From Anaerolineae bacterium (GTDB taxonomy: Bacteria > Chloroflexota > Anaerolineae > UBA1429): a DNA stretch of 64,000 bases. The position numbers were made by a program, and so were the translations under genes. Of the stretch, positions 38,523 through 46,940 are shown one piece after another. Every line of letters starts with the position of its first letter. Within the stretch, counting starts at the first letter, position 1. The stretch covers positions 1,152,001 to 1,216,000 of the forward strand of contig OY776562.1 in assembly GCA_963675785.1 (NCBI GenBank), given 5' to 3'. The notes under the pieces are model-generated. The model was not told the DNA's origin and searched no databases. It saw only the letters and a program-made list of their open reading frames with translations.

Positions 38523-39072
38523 AGCTATTAAGCCGTCTGGCTGAATTCTGCATCCATAATAGTCTCATCGAGACTATTAGTCCAGCATGGACTATGCTCT
38601 CTTGCCCTAACATAGACGCTTGCTTTTAGAGGAGGGGCAATAAGTGTATCTATTTACATAATCATGTACCTTAACGTGTCTGGTGGGGGAGTGCCCGAAA
38701 AGGCGCTGTTTTCAATCAAGGCTGGTCTTGTCAGGGGGAAGGACATGACCTCGTTGCTGTGTGAGCGTGTAGTTTATGGGTGCAGCGTTATGCGGATTGA
38801 CTTGTGTTCAGCAAGCGCGCTGGCTTGTATAAACTGTGCACTGGATGTGATGGCAATGCGTAGATAAACCAAGAGACAGATGGTGAGAGGTTCTGGCAAA
38901 TATGTGCTGTGTACGAGGTTATACTGTCGGGAGAGGCCGAGGCTTTTGAATGGAGCGTTCGTGGTAGAGGACTTGGAATTCAGATAGATGTGCGCACATT
39001 TTACCTGTAAATGAAAAGACACCTTTCGAGAGCATTTCGGGGCGGCAGCGGCATGTTTTGGCCCATCAGGGC

Positions 39073-39101
39073 TTGACAAAGATCATTTTAGATAATATGA
39101 T
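39073..39101 (+). promoter_or_regulatory. Sigma70 promoter of the recombinase
   Basis: TTGACA-17 nt-TATGAT. Confidence 0.7.
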
Positions 39102-39112
39102 TTATTGCAGAT
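39085..39112 (-). other. dif-like tyrosine-recombinase core site (11-6-11)
   Basis: ATCTGCAATAA-ATCATA-TTATCTAAAAT; right arm 9/11 to E. coli XerD arm TTATGTTAAAT; 28 bp upstream of xer-like ATG. Confidence 0.5.
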
Positions 39113-39140
39113 TAACTAAAATACTCAAAGAAGAAATCAC

Positions 39141-40268
39141 ATGGCTGATTCCAAGTTAAGCTCCCCTGCTGCTGGTGCAACTACAGGCGACGTTGCGACG
39201 CTAAACGACGCTGCGGCACTCATGCTGTCTGATCTCGAGCTGAGCCCCCTCTCTCAGCGTACCTATGGGTTTGGGCTTGATGCTCTGGTGCGCTGCCTTC
39301 ATGTGCTGCACAACGAGTTTGAGGCTGCCGATGCATTGGCCCCCTGCCCTCTTACATATGTCACCGAGGAGACATTGGCAGAGTTTAACCGCTGGCTACG
39401 TGAGGCCTATCCCGACGAGCGCTATGACTCGCCCGATGCTGCGGTTACGCGTACCGCCCGCACCTATATGGTGGCCGCCCGCCGCCTGATGAACTGGCTC
39501 GACTTGCGGGATTTGCTGCCTGAGGGCGTCTCGTACGAGCGTATGGTTCGTCGGATTGATCAGGGCCGCGGGCAGCGGCGTAGCGGCTACAAGCGCCGCC
39601 CCACCGATCCTGATGTGATTCGCGTATTGTCGCACTATATGCGGCAGACGCTGCCCGAGAAAAAGGGTGCGCGGAGGCTGGCTTTGCTGCGCAATCGGGC
39701 GCTGATGGCTTTTCTGTATGATACGGGAACGCGCATCAGCGAGGCACTGGCGCTATCTCGTTCTGATGTACTAGATGGTCGTGCACGTAAGATACGGCTG
39801 GTGCGCACAAAGAACGGCAAGCCGCGAACAGTTTTTCTCTCTGATGAGACGCGTGAACTGCTGCGTGCCTATACCCGTGAACGCGCAGATGGCCCTTTTG
39901 CACCGCTCTTTGCCTCTCACGGAAGGGGAAAAGGTACTCCCATTACACCGGCACATGCCTGGAATCTGGTCAAGCAAGCTGCGCTTGCCGAGGGCCTTTA
40001 TGAGAATACCTCGCCGCACTCGCTACGGCACCGCCGCGCCCAGGATTTGTTGGACGAAGGTATGCCCCTCGAATGGGTTGCGGCGCTGCTGGGCCATGAG
40101 CATTCTGATACGACCCGCATTGTCTATGCTTATGAGACGGACGAAGATCGTCTGTCCGATATGGTGGGCACCTACGGCCTGAGTTTGAAAGATGCCCAAT
40201 CCAGGGCAAAGCCGGAAGACATGCTGGGCGCGAATATCGATCCGGACTATGACGAGACAGAACCATAA
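39141..40268 (+). CDS. XerC/XerD-like tyrosine recombinase
   Basis: TGTRISE (R), RTK (K), HSLRH (HxxR), LLGH, C-terminal Y: full catalytic set. Confidence 0.93.
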   Translation: MADSKLSSPAAGATTGDVATLNDAAALMLSDLELSPLSQRTYGFGLDALVRCLHVLHNEFEAADALAPCPLTYVTEETLAEFNRWLREAYPDERYDSPDAAVTRTARTYMVAARRLMNWLDLRDLLPEGVSYERMVRRIDQGRGQRRSGYKRRPTDPDVIRVLSHYMRQTLPEKKGARRLALLRNRALMAFLYDTGTRISEALALSRSDVLDGRARKIRLVRTKNGKPRTVFLSDETRELLRAYTRERADGPFAPLFASHGRGKGTPITPAHAWNLVKQAALAEGLYENTSPHSLRHRRAQDLLDEGMPLEWVAALLGHEHSDTTRIVYAYETDEDRLSDMVGTYGLSLKDAQSRAKPEDMLGANIDPDYDETEP

Positions 40269-41245
40269 GATGAATGGGTGGCGGCTAGTGTGGCCGCACC
40301 AATAGCACCTGAGAGATCCCCCAGTGCGGCTTTGGCAATCGTAAAGCCCTCCATGTCACGCTTGTTGAGGATATGCTGATAGGCAGAGAGTGCCACAGCA
40401 TCCACGTATTCCTGCCCGATGCGGTCGATGATTCCCCCGCCCAAAACCACAATTTCGGGATCAAACATATTGACGCAATTGGCGACAAGCAGCCCCAGAT
40501 AATGCTGTGCACTGCGTAAGGCTTCGATTGTTACCTCATCCCCTGCTCGGTAGGCCTCATCGATAACACTGGAAGTCATCATTGTCTTGTTACGACTGGT
40601 GAGAATCTCTTGCGCAATACTAGGACGTCCGCCGGCAATTGATTCTTGAATATAGCGTTCCACAGCCCGGCGGCTGGCGAGTGCTTCGGCGTGTCCCCGC
40701 TGCCCACAACTGCATAACGGTCCATCAGCCAGCAGCGTGGTATGGCCCACTTCACCAGCGCCAAAGCGTGCGCCGGCGCGCAGTTTGTTATCGAGGATCA
40801 AACCTCCACCAATACCCGTTCCTACAAAAATCACCAGGGCATCACGATAGCCGCGCGCCGCCCCGTAGGTATGCTCCCCCACGGCAGCCACGTTGACATC
40901 GTTTTCAATGTATGGGCGAACGCCGATGCGTTCCTGTAGTACATCAGCCAAGTCGAGGTCGGTCCAGCTTTCACCGAGGTTAGCACAGAGGAATACGTGG
41001 CCTGTACTAGGATCAACTGGGCCGGGAATGCCGATTCCCACCCCACCGAGGTCGTCATCAGTTAGCAGTGCTGAGACCAGTACTTTTCTGATGAGTGATA
41101 CGATACGGTTCGCCACGCCTTTGGCACCCAGCTCAGCCCTGGCCTTGCGTCCGGCAGACTTTAGAACAGTCCCCTGCTCATCCATCACGATGGCAAGCAT
41201 GCTTGTTCCACCGAGATCGACCCCAACATAATACTTGCCTGTCAT
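40247..41245 (-). CDS. ROK family sugar kinase (glucokinase-like)
   Basis: GVDLGGT, ENDVN, GTGIGGG, GEVGH, CSCG..G. Confidence 0.93.
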   Translation of the reverse strand: MTGKYYVGVDLGGTSMLAIVMDEQGTVLKSAGRKARAELGAKGVANRIVSLIRKVLVSALLTDDDLGGVGIGIPGPVDPSTGHVFLCANLGESWTDLDLADVLQERIGVRPYIENDVNVAAVGEHTYGAARGYRDALVIFVGTGIGGGLILDNKLRAGARFGAGEVGHTTLLADGPLCSCGQRGHAEALASRRAVERYIQESIAGGRPSIAQEILTSRNKTMMTSSVIDEAYRAGDEVTIEALRSAQHYLGLLVANCVNMFDPEIVVLGGGIIDRIGQEYVDAVALSAYQHILNKRDMEGFTIAKAALGDLSGAIGAATLAATHSSYGSVSS

Positions 41246-41422
41246 GTTTGTCCTCACACTTTTGATAGATAATGTTATCACGCGCAACAGGCAGTGGTCA
41301 AACATCTTTGGGTTGAACCGTCCCTCGGTGTATAATGTCAACTCAGATGCACATGGCAGAGAACACGCTGAGCAGAACACGGGATTGGGCTAATATATAG
41401 CCTAAAATACGGGGAAAAGATA

Positions 41423-42706
41423 GTGGAAGAGTCCAAGAACACCAACAAACACAGCTTGCGCGTTCTTTTGATTATAGTTGCGTTTCTTTTTACTTTTATC
41501 CTTGGTGGTTTTGCTGGAGCCGGTTCCTTTTGGTTAATTGATAGCTATTACCCACTTTCATCGCTTCGCGCTGCTTTGTCGGCAACAGACGGCAATACGG
41601 ATTCGTCGGAAGTGATCCAAACACGCGATGACCTGGTTTCTATTCTATGGGAAGCCTGGGACATTATCGAGTCTGACTATCTAGAAGCCGACTCTCTCGA
41701 CACGACCGAGCTGATGCGTGGCGCCGTGCGGGGCATGGTAGACGCGGTCGGCGATTCGCACACCCTCGTTCTCGACCCTGTAGCCGCCTCGATTGTCTCC
41801 GAAGACATGAGCGGCGAGTTTCAGGGAATAGGCGTTACAGTGGGTATGCCCGACACTGCTGATCGCCTGGTGGCTGTCGATATTCTCGATGGCTCTCCTG
41901 CAGAAGAAGTGGGTATGCAGGTCGGTGATGCGATCATTGCCGTGGATGGTACTCTCATCGAGGGACTATCGATGAACGATGCCATTACTCTGATTCGAGG
42001 ACCGGAGGGCACCGACGTTTTACTGACGATTGAACGTGACGAAGAGACCTTTGATCTGACGGTGACACGACGCGCTATCGAATATCCCAGTGTGTCGTTT
42101 GAGATGCTTGATGATAATATCGGTTATGTCGCCTTGACAGAGTTCAACGCCAATGCTGATGATCAGCTTGTCGAGGCGCTGACTGAGCTGCAGGATAAAG
42201 GCGCTGAGGCGCTTGTGCTCGATTTGCGCGGAAACCCCGGCGGTCTGCTTGATCAAGCCGTACAGATATCTGGCGAGTTCCTGCCCGACGAGACGTTGGT
42301 GGTTACCGAACACGGGCGTAATGAGACCGTCAACTCTTATCGTGTGAACGGCGAGGGAGCCGCCCTGAATGTTCCCATGGTCGTGTTGATTGATGGAAAT
42401 TCTGCCAGTGCCTCTGAGATTGTGGCGGGCGCATTGCAGGATTTGGGGCGCGCAGAACTGCTGGGTACCCAGAGTTATGGCAAGGGGTCTGTGCAAACAC
42501 TGCACACTCTGAGCGACGGTTCGCAACTGCGCGTTACCATCGCCAAATACGCCTTGCCCAGTGGTACCTTTATCGACGGGATAGGGTTGACCCCCGATTA
42601 TGTGGTTGAATTGGATGAAGACGCCTGGTACGAAGGGGTCGATACACAACTGGATGCGGCTATCGAGCTGCTTCTGAACGGAGAAATTACGAGCAATGCC
42701 GAGTGA
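41423..42706 (+). CDS. ctpA: S41A carboxy-terminal processing protease with PDZ
   Basis: FQGIG, LDLRGNPGG, SASASE, GKGSVQ. Confidence 0.92.
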   Translation: MEESKNTNKHSLRVLLIIVAFLFTFILGGFAGAGSFWLIDSYYPLSSLRAALSATDGNTDSSEVIQTRDDLVSILWEAWDIIESDYLEADSLDTTELMRGAVRGMVDAVGDSHTLVLDPVAASIVSEDMSGEFQGIGVTVGMPDTADRLVAVDILDGSPAEEVGMQVGDAIIAVDGTLIEGLSMNDAITLIRGPEGTDVLLTIERDEETFDLTVTRRAIEYPSVSFEMLDDNIGYVALTEFNANADDQLVEALTELQDKGAEALVLDLRGNPGGLLDQAVQISGEFLPDETLVVTEHGRNETVNSYRVNGEGAALNVPMVVLIDGNSASASEIVAGALQDLGRAELLGTQSYGKGSVQTLHTLSDGSQLRVTIAKYALPSGTFIDGIGLTPDYVVELDEDAWYEGVDTQLDAAIELLLNGEITSNAE

Positions 42707-43178
42707 CAAAGAGCGCGGCGGCGACCGTACCATAGCGACAAATCGCAAAGCGTTCCATGATTATACCATTGAGGACACGCTCGAGGCGGGTATCGTGCTG
42801 GTCGGTTCCGAGATCAAGTCAATCCGAGACAGCAAAGTGAATCTGGGTGACAGCTATGTCACCATTCGCCATGGTGAGGTTTGGCTCATTGGCACACATA
42901 TCAGCGGTTACAAAGAGGCTAGCTATCAGGATCACGATCCTCGCCGCGACCGCAAGTTGTTGCTGCACAAACGAGAGATCTGGCGTTGGGTGGCTCGTGC
43001 CGAGCAAAAGGGTTATACCATCGTGCCACTCAAGATATATCTCAAGGACAACCGTGCCAAGGTAGAAATAGGCCTTGCCAAGGGCAAGCATCAGCACGAC
43101 AAACGAGATGCGATCGCTGAGCGTGAATCTCAGCGGGATATTGCCCGGGCGCTGAAACAGAGCCGTTACGACGAGTAG
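42696..43178 (+). CDS. smpB: SsrA-binding protein
   Basis: NRKAFHDY, EAGIVL.GSEIKS, RKLLLHK.EI, AKGK...DKR. Confidence 0.98.
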   Translation: MPSDKERGGDRTIATNRKAFHDYTIEDTLEAGIVLVGSEIKSIRDSKVNLGDSYVTIRHGEVWLIGTHISGYKEASYQDHDPRRDRKLLLHKREIWRWVARAEQKGYTIVPLKIYLKDNRAKVEIGLAKGKHQHDKRDAIAERESQRDIARALKQSRYDE

Positions 43179-43194
43179 TATGAGTAAAACATAA

Positions 43195-43222
43195 ACGAGC
43201 AGGTGTCGAGCCTGCTCGTTTC
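43195..43222 (+). terminator. Intrinsic terminator
   Basis: AAACGAGCAGG-TGTCGAG-CCTGCTCGTTT. Confidence 0.75.
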
Positions 43223-43282
43223 TCATTCCCCTACCCTGCTCTCACGGCGGGAAAATCGAGTGTTGGAAGTGGAGGCTCAAGA

Positions 43283-43504
43283 ATGAGCAAGCAGAGATTC
43301 GCAAGGATTTGTAGGGTAATTGGCATTGTATTGATCTTTGTCATGATAGGCCATGTCACAATAGCGTGGTATCATCATTTGCAGCATCCGGAATACAGTG
43401 CCCCCGCCTGGATCAATCTGAGCATTTCTCTCTATTATCTGATTCCTATAGCGGCATTGTTTGTTGGATCACGGATGTTGGACAAGCAAACAGACCGTAC
43501 CTAG
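43283..43504 (+). CDS. Small two-TM membrane protein
   Basis: RBS GGAGG, two hydrophobic helices around YSAP. Confidence 0.65.
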   Translation: MSKQRFARICRVIGIVLIFVMIGHVTIAWYHHLQHPEYSAPAWINLSISLYYLIPIAALFVGSRMLDKQTDRT

Positions 43505-43567
43505 CGCAATGCCTTTTGGCCCACAGCGAGAAAATATCAGCATCGTGGATTTGGAGAGGGGTAGGAA

Positions 43568-44116
43568 ATGAACAAGGCCCTGGTACTGGTGGACATTCAA
43601 AACGACTATTTCATGCGTGTACAATCTCGCCTTGATGCTCCTGAAAAAGCCGCGGCTCAGGCCAAGCAGGCTCTGGAGTATTTCAGAAAGAACAACTGGC
43701 CTGTCATTTTTGTGCAGCATATCAGTTTGAAGGAGAACGCCCAATCTTTCGCACCCGGAACCCCAGGTGCAGAGATCTATGAGGGCGTTGCACCCCTGCC
43801 CGAAGAGAAGATTATCATCAAACATGAGCCGAGCAGCTTTTACGAGACCGAGCTCAAGGATGCGTTATACGCCAAGGGTGTTGGTCACATTGTGGTTTGC
43901 GGCATGATGAGCCATATGTGCATCGATACGACGGTGAGAGCTGCCAAGGATCTCGGATTTGCGGTCACGTTGTTGGAGGATGCCTGCACCACCAGGAATC
44001 TCCTCTGGCATGACACCGTTATTCCGGCCACGACGGTCCATCAGGCCTTTATGGCCTCGCTGGATGGCACTTTTGCCACTGTGAAAACGACGGCAGAATT
44101 TATCGCCGAGTCCTGA
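43568..44116 (+). CDS. Cysteine hydrolase / isochorismatase family
   Basis: LVDIQNDY, K...SSF, GMMSHMCIDTT. Confidence 0.93.
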   Translation: MNKALVLVDIQNDYFMRVQSRLDAPEKAAAQAKQALEYFRKNNWPVIFVQHISLKENAQSFAPGTPGAEIYEGVAPLPEEKIIIKHEPSSFYETELKDALYAKGVGHIVVCGMMSHMCIDTTVRAAKDLGFAVTLLEDACTTRNLLWHDTVIPATTVHQAFMASLDGTFATVKTTAEFIAES

Positions 44117-44199
44117 GGATAGAGCTAAATGTTACCTCCCCACTGTGCTCATTAGGGGCATTTGTGGGGAGGTTTGTTTTCTCGGTAGTGCAGCAAGTC

Positions 44200-45078
44200 C
44201 TACTTGTCGAGAAACAAAGCGAGCTGGCGGCGTTTGTTCTCGGGGTAGCGATCAGGGGCGGTCATGATGGCGCCTTCCAGCGCATGGCGGCAGGCACAAT
44301 CCGTGTCAATATCCTGTGTCAGCTTGGGCACAGCCAGTCGAATGATCTCGCGGGCATTGGCCACATTGGCATTCACGTTGGCTACCACCATGTCTACAGT
44401 AACTGCCTCTTCTTCCTCATGCCAACAGTCATAGTCGGTTACCATGGCCACGGTGGCATAGCATATCTCGGCCTCACGAGCGAGCTTGGCCTCGGGCAGC
44501 GCTGTCATGCCGATCACATCACCGCCAATCTGACGGTAGAAAAGGGATTCGGCCTTGGTGGAGAACTGCGGGCCTTCCATTACGACCATCGTCCCCGTTT
44601 CATGAACGGTCACACCAACCTGACGAGCGGCCTCGGCAGCGATTTTTGATACATGGGAGCAATAGGGTTCGCCAAAGGCCACATGGGCTACGATGCCGTC
44701 GCCAAAGAAACTAGCCGGGCGGATTCCCTTGGTCCTGTCCAGAATCTGATCAGGTATGACGAAATCTCGCGGTATCAGTCCTTCACGCAGGCTGCCCACA
44801 GCACTAAAGGATAGCAGGCTTTTGACGCCCAGGCTCTTTAATGCCCAAATGTTGGCCCGAACAGGGAGTTCACTGGGGCTAATGCGGTGCCCCTTGCCAT
44901 GGCGTGGCAAAAAGGCAACACGCACGCCATCCAGACTTCCGACAAGGAGATCATCACTCGTAGCCCCAAAGGGTGTCTCGATGGTCAATTCTTGTATATC
45001 TGCCAGGCCATCAATCTCGTATAGCCCACTTCCACCAATGACACCAATCTGGACTGGTTTATCAACAGGTTGATACAT
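44200..45078 (-). CDS. mtnP: S-methyl-5'-thioadenosine phosphorylase
   Basis: GVIGGSGLY, FLPRHG, EGPQFSTKAES, MVTDYDCW. Confidence 0.95.
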   Translation of the reverse strand: MYQPVDKPVQIGVIGGSGLYEIDGLADIQELTIETPFGATSDDLLVGSLDGVRVAFLPRHGKGHRISPSELPVRANIWALKSLGVKSLLSFSAVGSLREGLIPRDFVIPDQILDRTKGIRPASFFGDGIVAHVAFGEPYCSHVSKIAAEAARQVGVTVHETGTMVVMEGPQFSTKAESLFYRQIGGDVIGMTALPEAKLAREAEICYATVAMVTDYDCWHEEEEAVTVDMVVANVNANVANAREIIRLAVPKLTQDIDTDCACRHALEGAIMTAPDRYPENKRRQLALFLDK

Positions 45079-45278
45079 AGCTGCCTCCGTTATTTGATAT
45101 CGCAAGGTTTGCTGATAGCCGTGATTGCTGCCGCGAATTTCTATCTAGTTTCTGTTATTCTGGCAGTGTATGCTGCCACACCTGTACAGCATACGCGACG
45201 GCGTTCAGAGGGTCAAACTTGTGCCGGGGTATGGCAGCTTGCATCAAAGATATGGACTATGATATAATTCTGTTTGCA

Positions 45279-45666
45279 GGGGATGACTGGCTTCGACAGG
45301 GACGGCTGGTCAGAGATTGCAGGTCGGGGCGCCTGGACCTCGTTATTAACTGGGCAAAATTTAGGTGCCAACAACACTTTTGAACCGGAATATGCTTTCG
45401 CCGCGTAGGCGATAGCCTCTGTTCCATTGACTGACTCAAGTCAGTCACGTTTGACCCGAGCTTTGTCCGAGAGGTCGGTGTCAGGCGTCGAACAATTCGG
45501 ATTGCTGCCAACCAGGACGCCGCTAGCGGTTGGCTCAAGACAAGGCGGCTGGTGTCGATAGACCTGTCTATTGGTAACATCGACGCGAGATAACATAGAT
45601 AGACTAAACCTGTAGTATATCGCTGGTCGAACTCTTTGGACGCGGGTTCGATTCCCGCCATCTCCA
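45279..45666 (+). ncRNA. ssrA: tmRNA; tag peptide ANNTFEPEYAFAA* at 45367-45408
   Basis: GGGGATG/CATCTCCA acceptor stem with G3-U, TTCGAC D-loop, GACGCGGGTTCGATTCCCGC T-arm, TATAAT upstream; CCA not encoded. Confidence 0.97.
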
Positions 45667-45674
45667 CAGAACTT

Positions 45675-45722
45675 TGCTCGCGGGTTCGCCTATTGATGGT
45701 GATCCGCGGGCAATGTTTTTTC
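45675..45722 (+). terminator. Terminator after ssrA
   Basis: TTGCTCGCGGGTTCGCC...GGTGATCCGCGGGCAA then T-run. Confidence 0.7.
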
Positions 45723-45760
45723 CACGTTTGCATTTACTCAAGTCAGGGAGGGACACAATT

Positions 45761-46846
45761 ATGAATCGCCGACGACTGGTGCTTTTGCTATGCTTGCTCA
45801 TAGCCTCCGCATTACTGCTGGCATCGTGCAAGCCGCAGGAAGCAACCCCAGCCGCTTCAGGTGCTACCGGTGACAGTACTTCTGTTGCCGCGAATTCCAC
45901 AGCTACATCTGCACCAACTGTTGAGCCGACGGCGACAGAGTCAGTGGAGACTGCCAGTTTGGCAGATGTTCCGGGCTACCGTGCTGAATTTACAAGTGAA
46001 TACAGTATGGGTGAAGAGGGTTATAGCTCAACAACGACCATGGCCTATGTGGCTGATCCTCTGGCTTGGAGCATGACCAGCGATTCGGGCGATGGTGTCA
46101 CGAGCGAAACTCGCTATGTTGACGGAACGATGTACACCCGTGTTAGCGATACATGGACAGCTATCGTTCTATCTCCTGAAGATGCCGAAGATTATACTGG
46201 CCTCCTATTGGAAGATGATCTTGGCCTCGACGAGATGGACGATGCCTGTGACGACATGGGCAAAGAGGTTATCAACGGTTTCGATACTCGCCATTACAGC
46301 TGCGATGCCGTCGCACTTGACGAGTTGGCCGCTATGGCCGGGGAATTGGATGATGATAGTGCCCAGATCAAAGAGGGAACCTATGAACTTTGGGTTTCTG
46401 AAGAGTATGGTGTAGCGATCAAGATGATCATGTCCATGACTTATGAAGACCCTGATGAGGGGACATTCACCTGGAACTATAGCCAAACAATCCTCGAGAT
46501 TGGGGATGATGTCGTGATTGAAGCGCCCGAGGACGTTGAATCGACCTACGACTTTAGTGGCGTGGTATCTGAAGAGTTTGAGTTGCCGGTTATGGATGGC
46601 GCTACTGAGTTTTACACCATGATGGGCATGTCGGGATATGATGTTGTGGCTACTGCGGACGAGGTTAGCGAGTTTTACATGAACGCCATGGAAGCAGATG
46701 GTTGGACGTACGACACGACTAGCTCTGCGCCAGAGTATGGCTCTTATATGTGGACTCGTGGCACCCAGACGACGACCTTGATGGTTTCTGAAGATGAGGG
46801 GACGTCATCCGTTATGCTCGTGCTGGATGATGGCTCTGGTAGCTAG
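45761..46846 (+). CDS. Acidic lipoprotein with LolA/LppX-like domain
   Basis: Lipobox LASC, Thr/Ala linker, GKEVINGFDTRHY..ELWV. Confidence 0.75.
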   Translation: MNRRRLVLLLCLLIASALLLASCKPQEATPAASGATGDSTSVAANSTATSAPTVEPTATESVETASLADVPGYRAEFTSEYSMGEEGYSSTTTMAYVADPLAWSMTSDSGDGVTSETRYVDGTMYTRVSDTWTAIVLSPEDAEDYTGLLLEDDLGLDEMDDACDDMGKEVINGFDTRHYSCDAVALDELAAMAGELDDDSAQIKEGTYELWVSEEYGVAIKMIMSMTYEDPDEGTFTWNYSQTILEIGDDVVIEAPEDVESTYDFSGVVSEEFELPVMDGATEFYTMMGMSGYDVVATADEVSEFYMNAMEADGWTYDTTSSAPEYGSYMWTRGTQTTTLMVSEDEGTSSVMLVLDDGSGS

Positions 46847-46864
46847 TTTGCTCTATCGATAAAG

Positions 46865-46900
46865 GAAGGACGGTGCAGCTTGAGCTGCACCGTCCTTTTT
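46865..46900. terminator. Intrinsic terminator
   Basis: AAGGACGGTGCAGC-TTGA-GCTGCACCGTCCTT then T-run. Confidence 0.85.
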
Positions 46901-46940
46901 GTTTTACGTCTCTGTCACTTGATCATGATGGCGTTGATTT

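Noticed and set aside
39141-40268. Integron or phage integrase
   Set aside because: No IntI-specific insertion recognised, and no attC cassettes or adjacent tRNA; neighbours are housekeeping genes
45079-45220. SAM/SAH riboswitch upstream of mtnP
   Set aside because: Only a short TGGCAG/CTGCCA hairpin; no recognisable aptamer core
45641-45688. CGCGGGTTCG repeated just after the tmRNA 3' end, as a possible att scar
   Set aside because: Only 10 bp, part of the terminator stem, and no integrase follows
45257-45733. 158-aa minus-strand ORF
   Set aside because: Antisense to tmRNA; MAGIEPAS is the typical reverse translation of a T-arm
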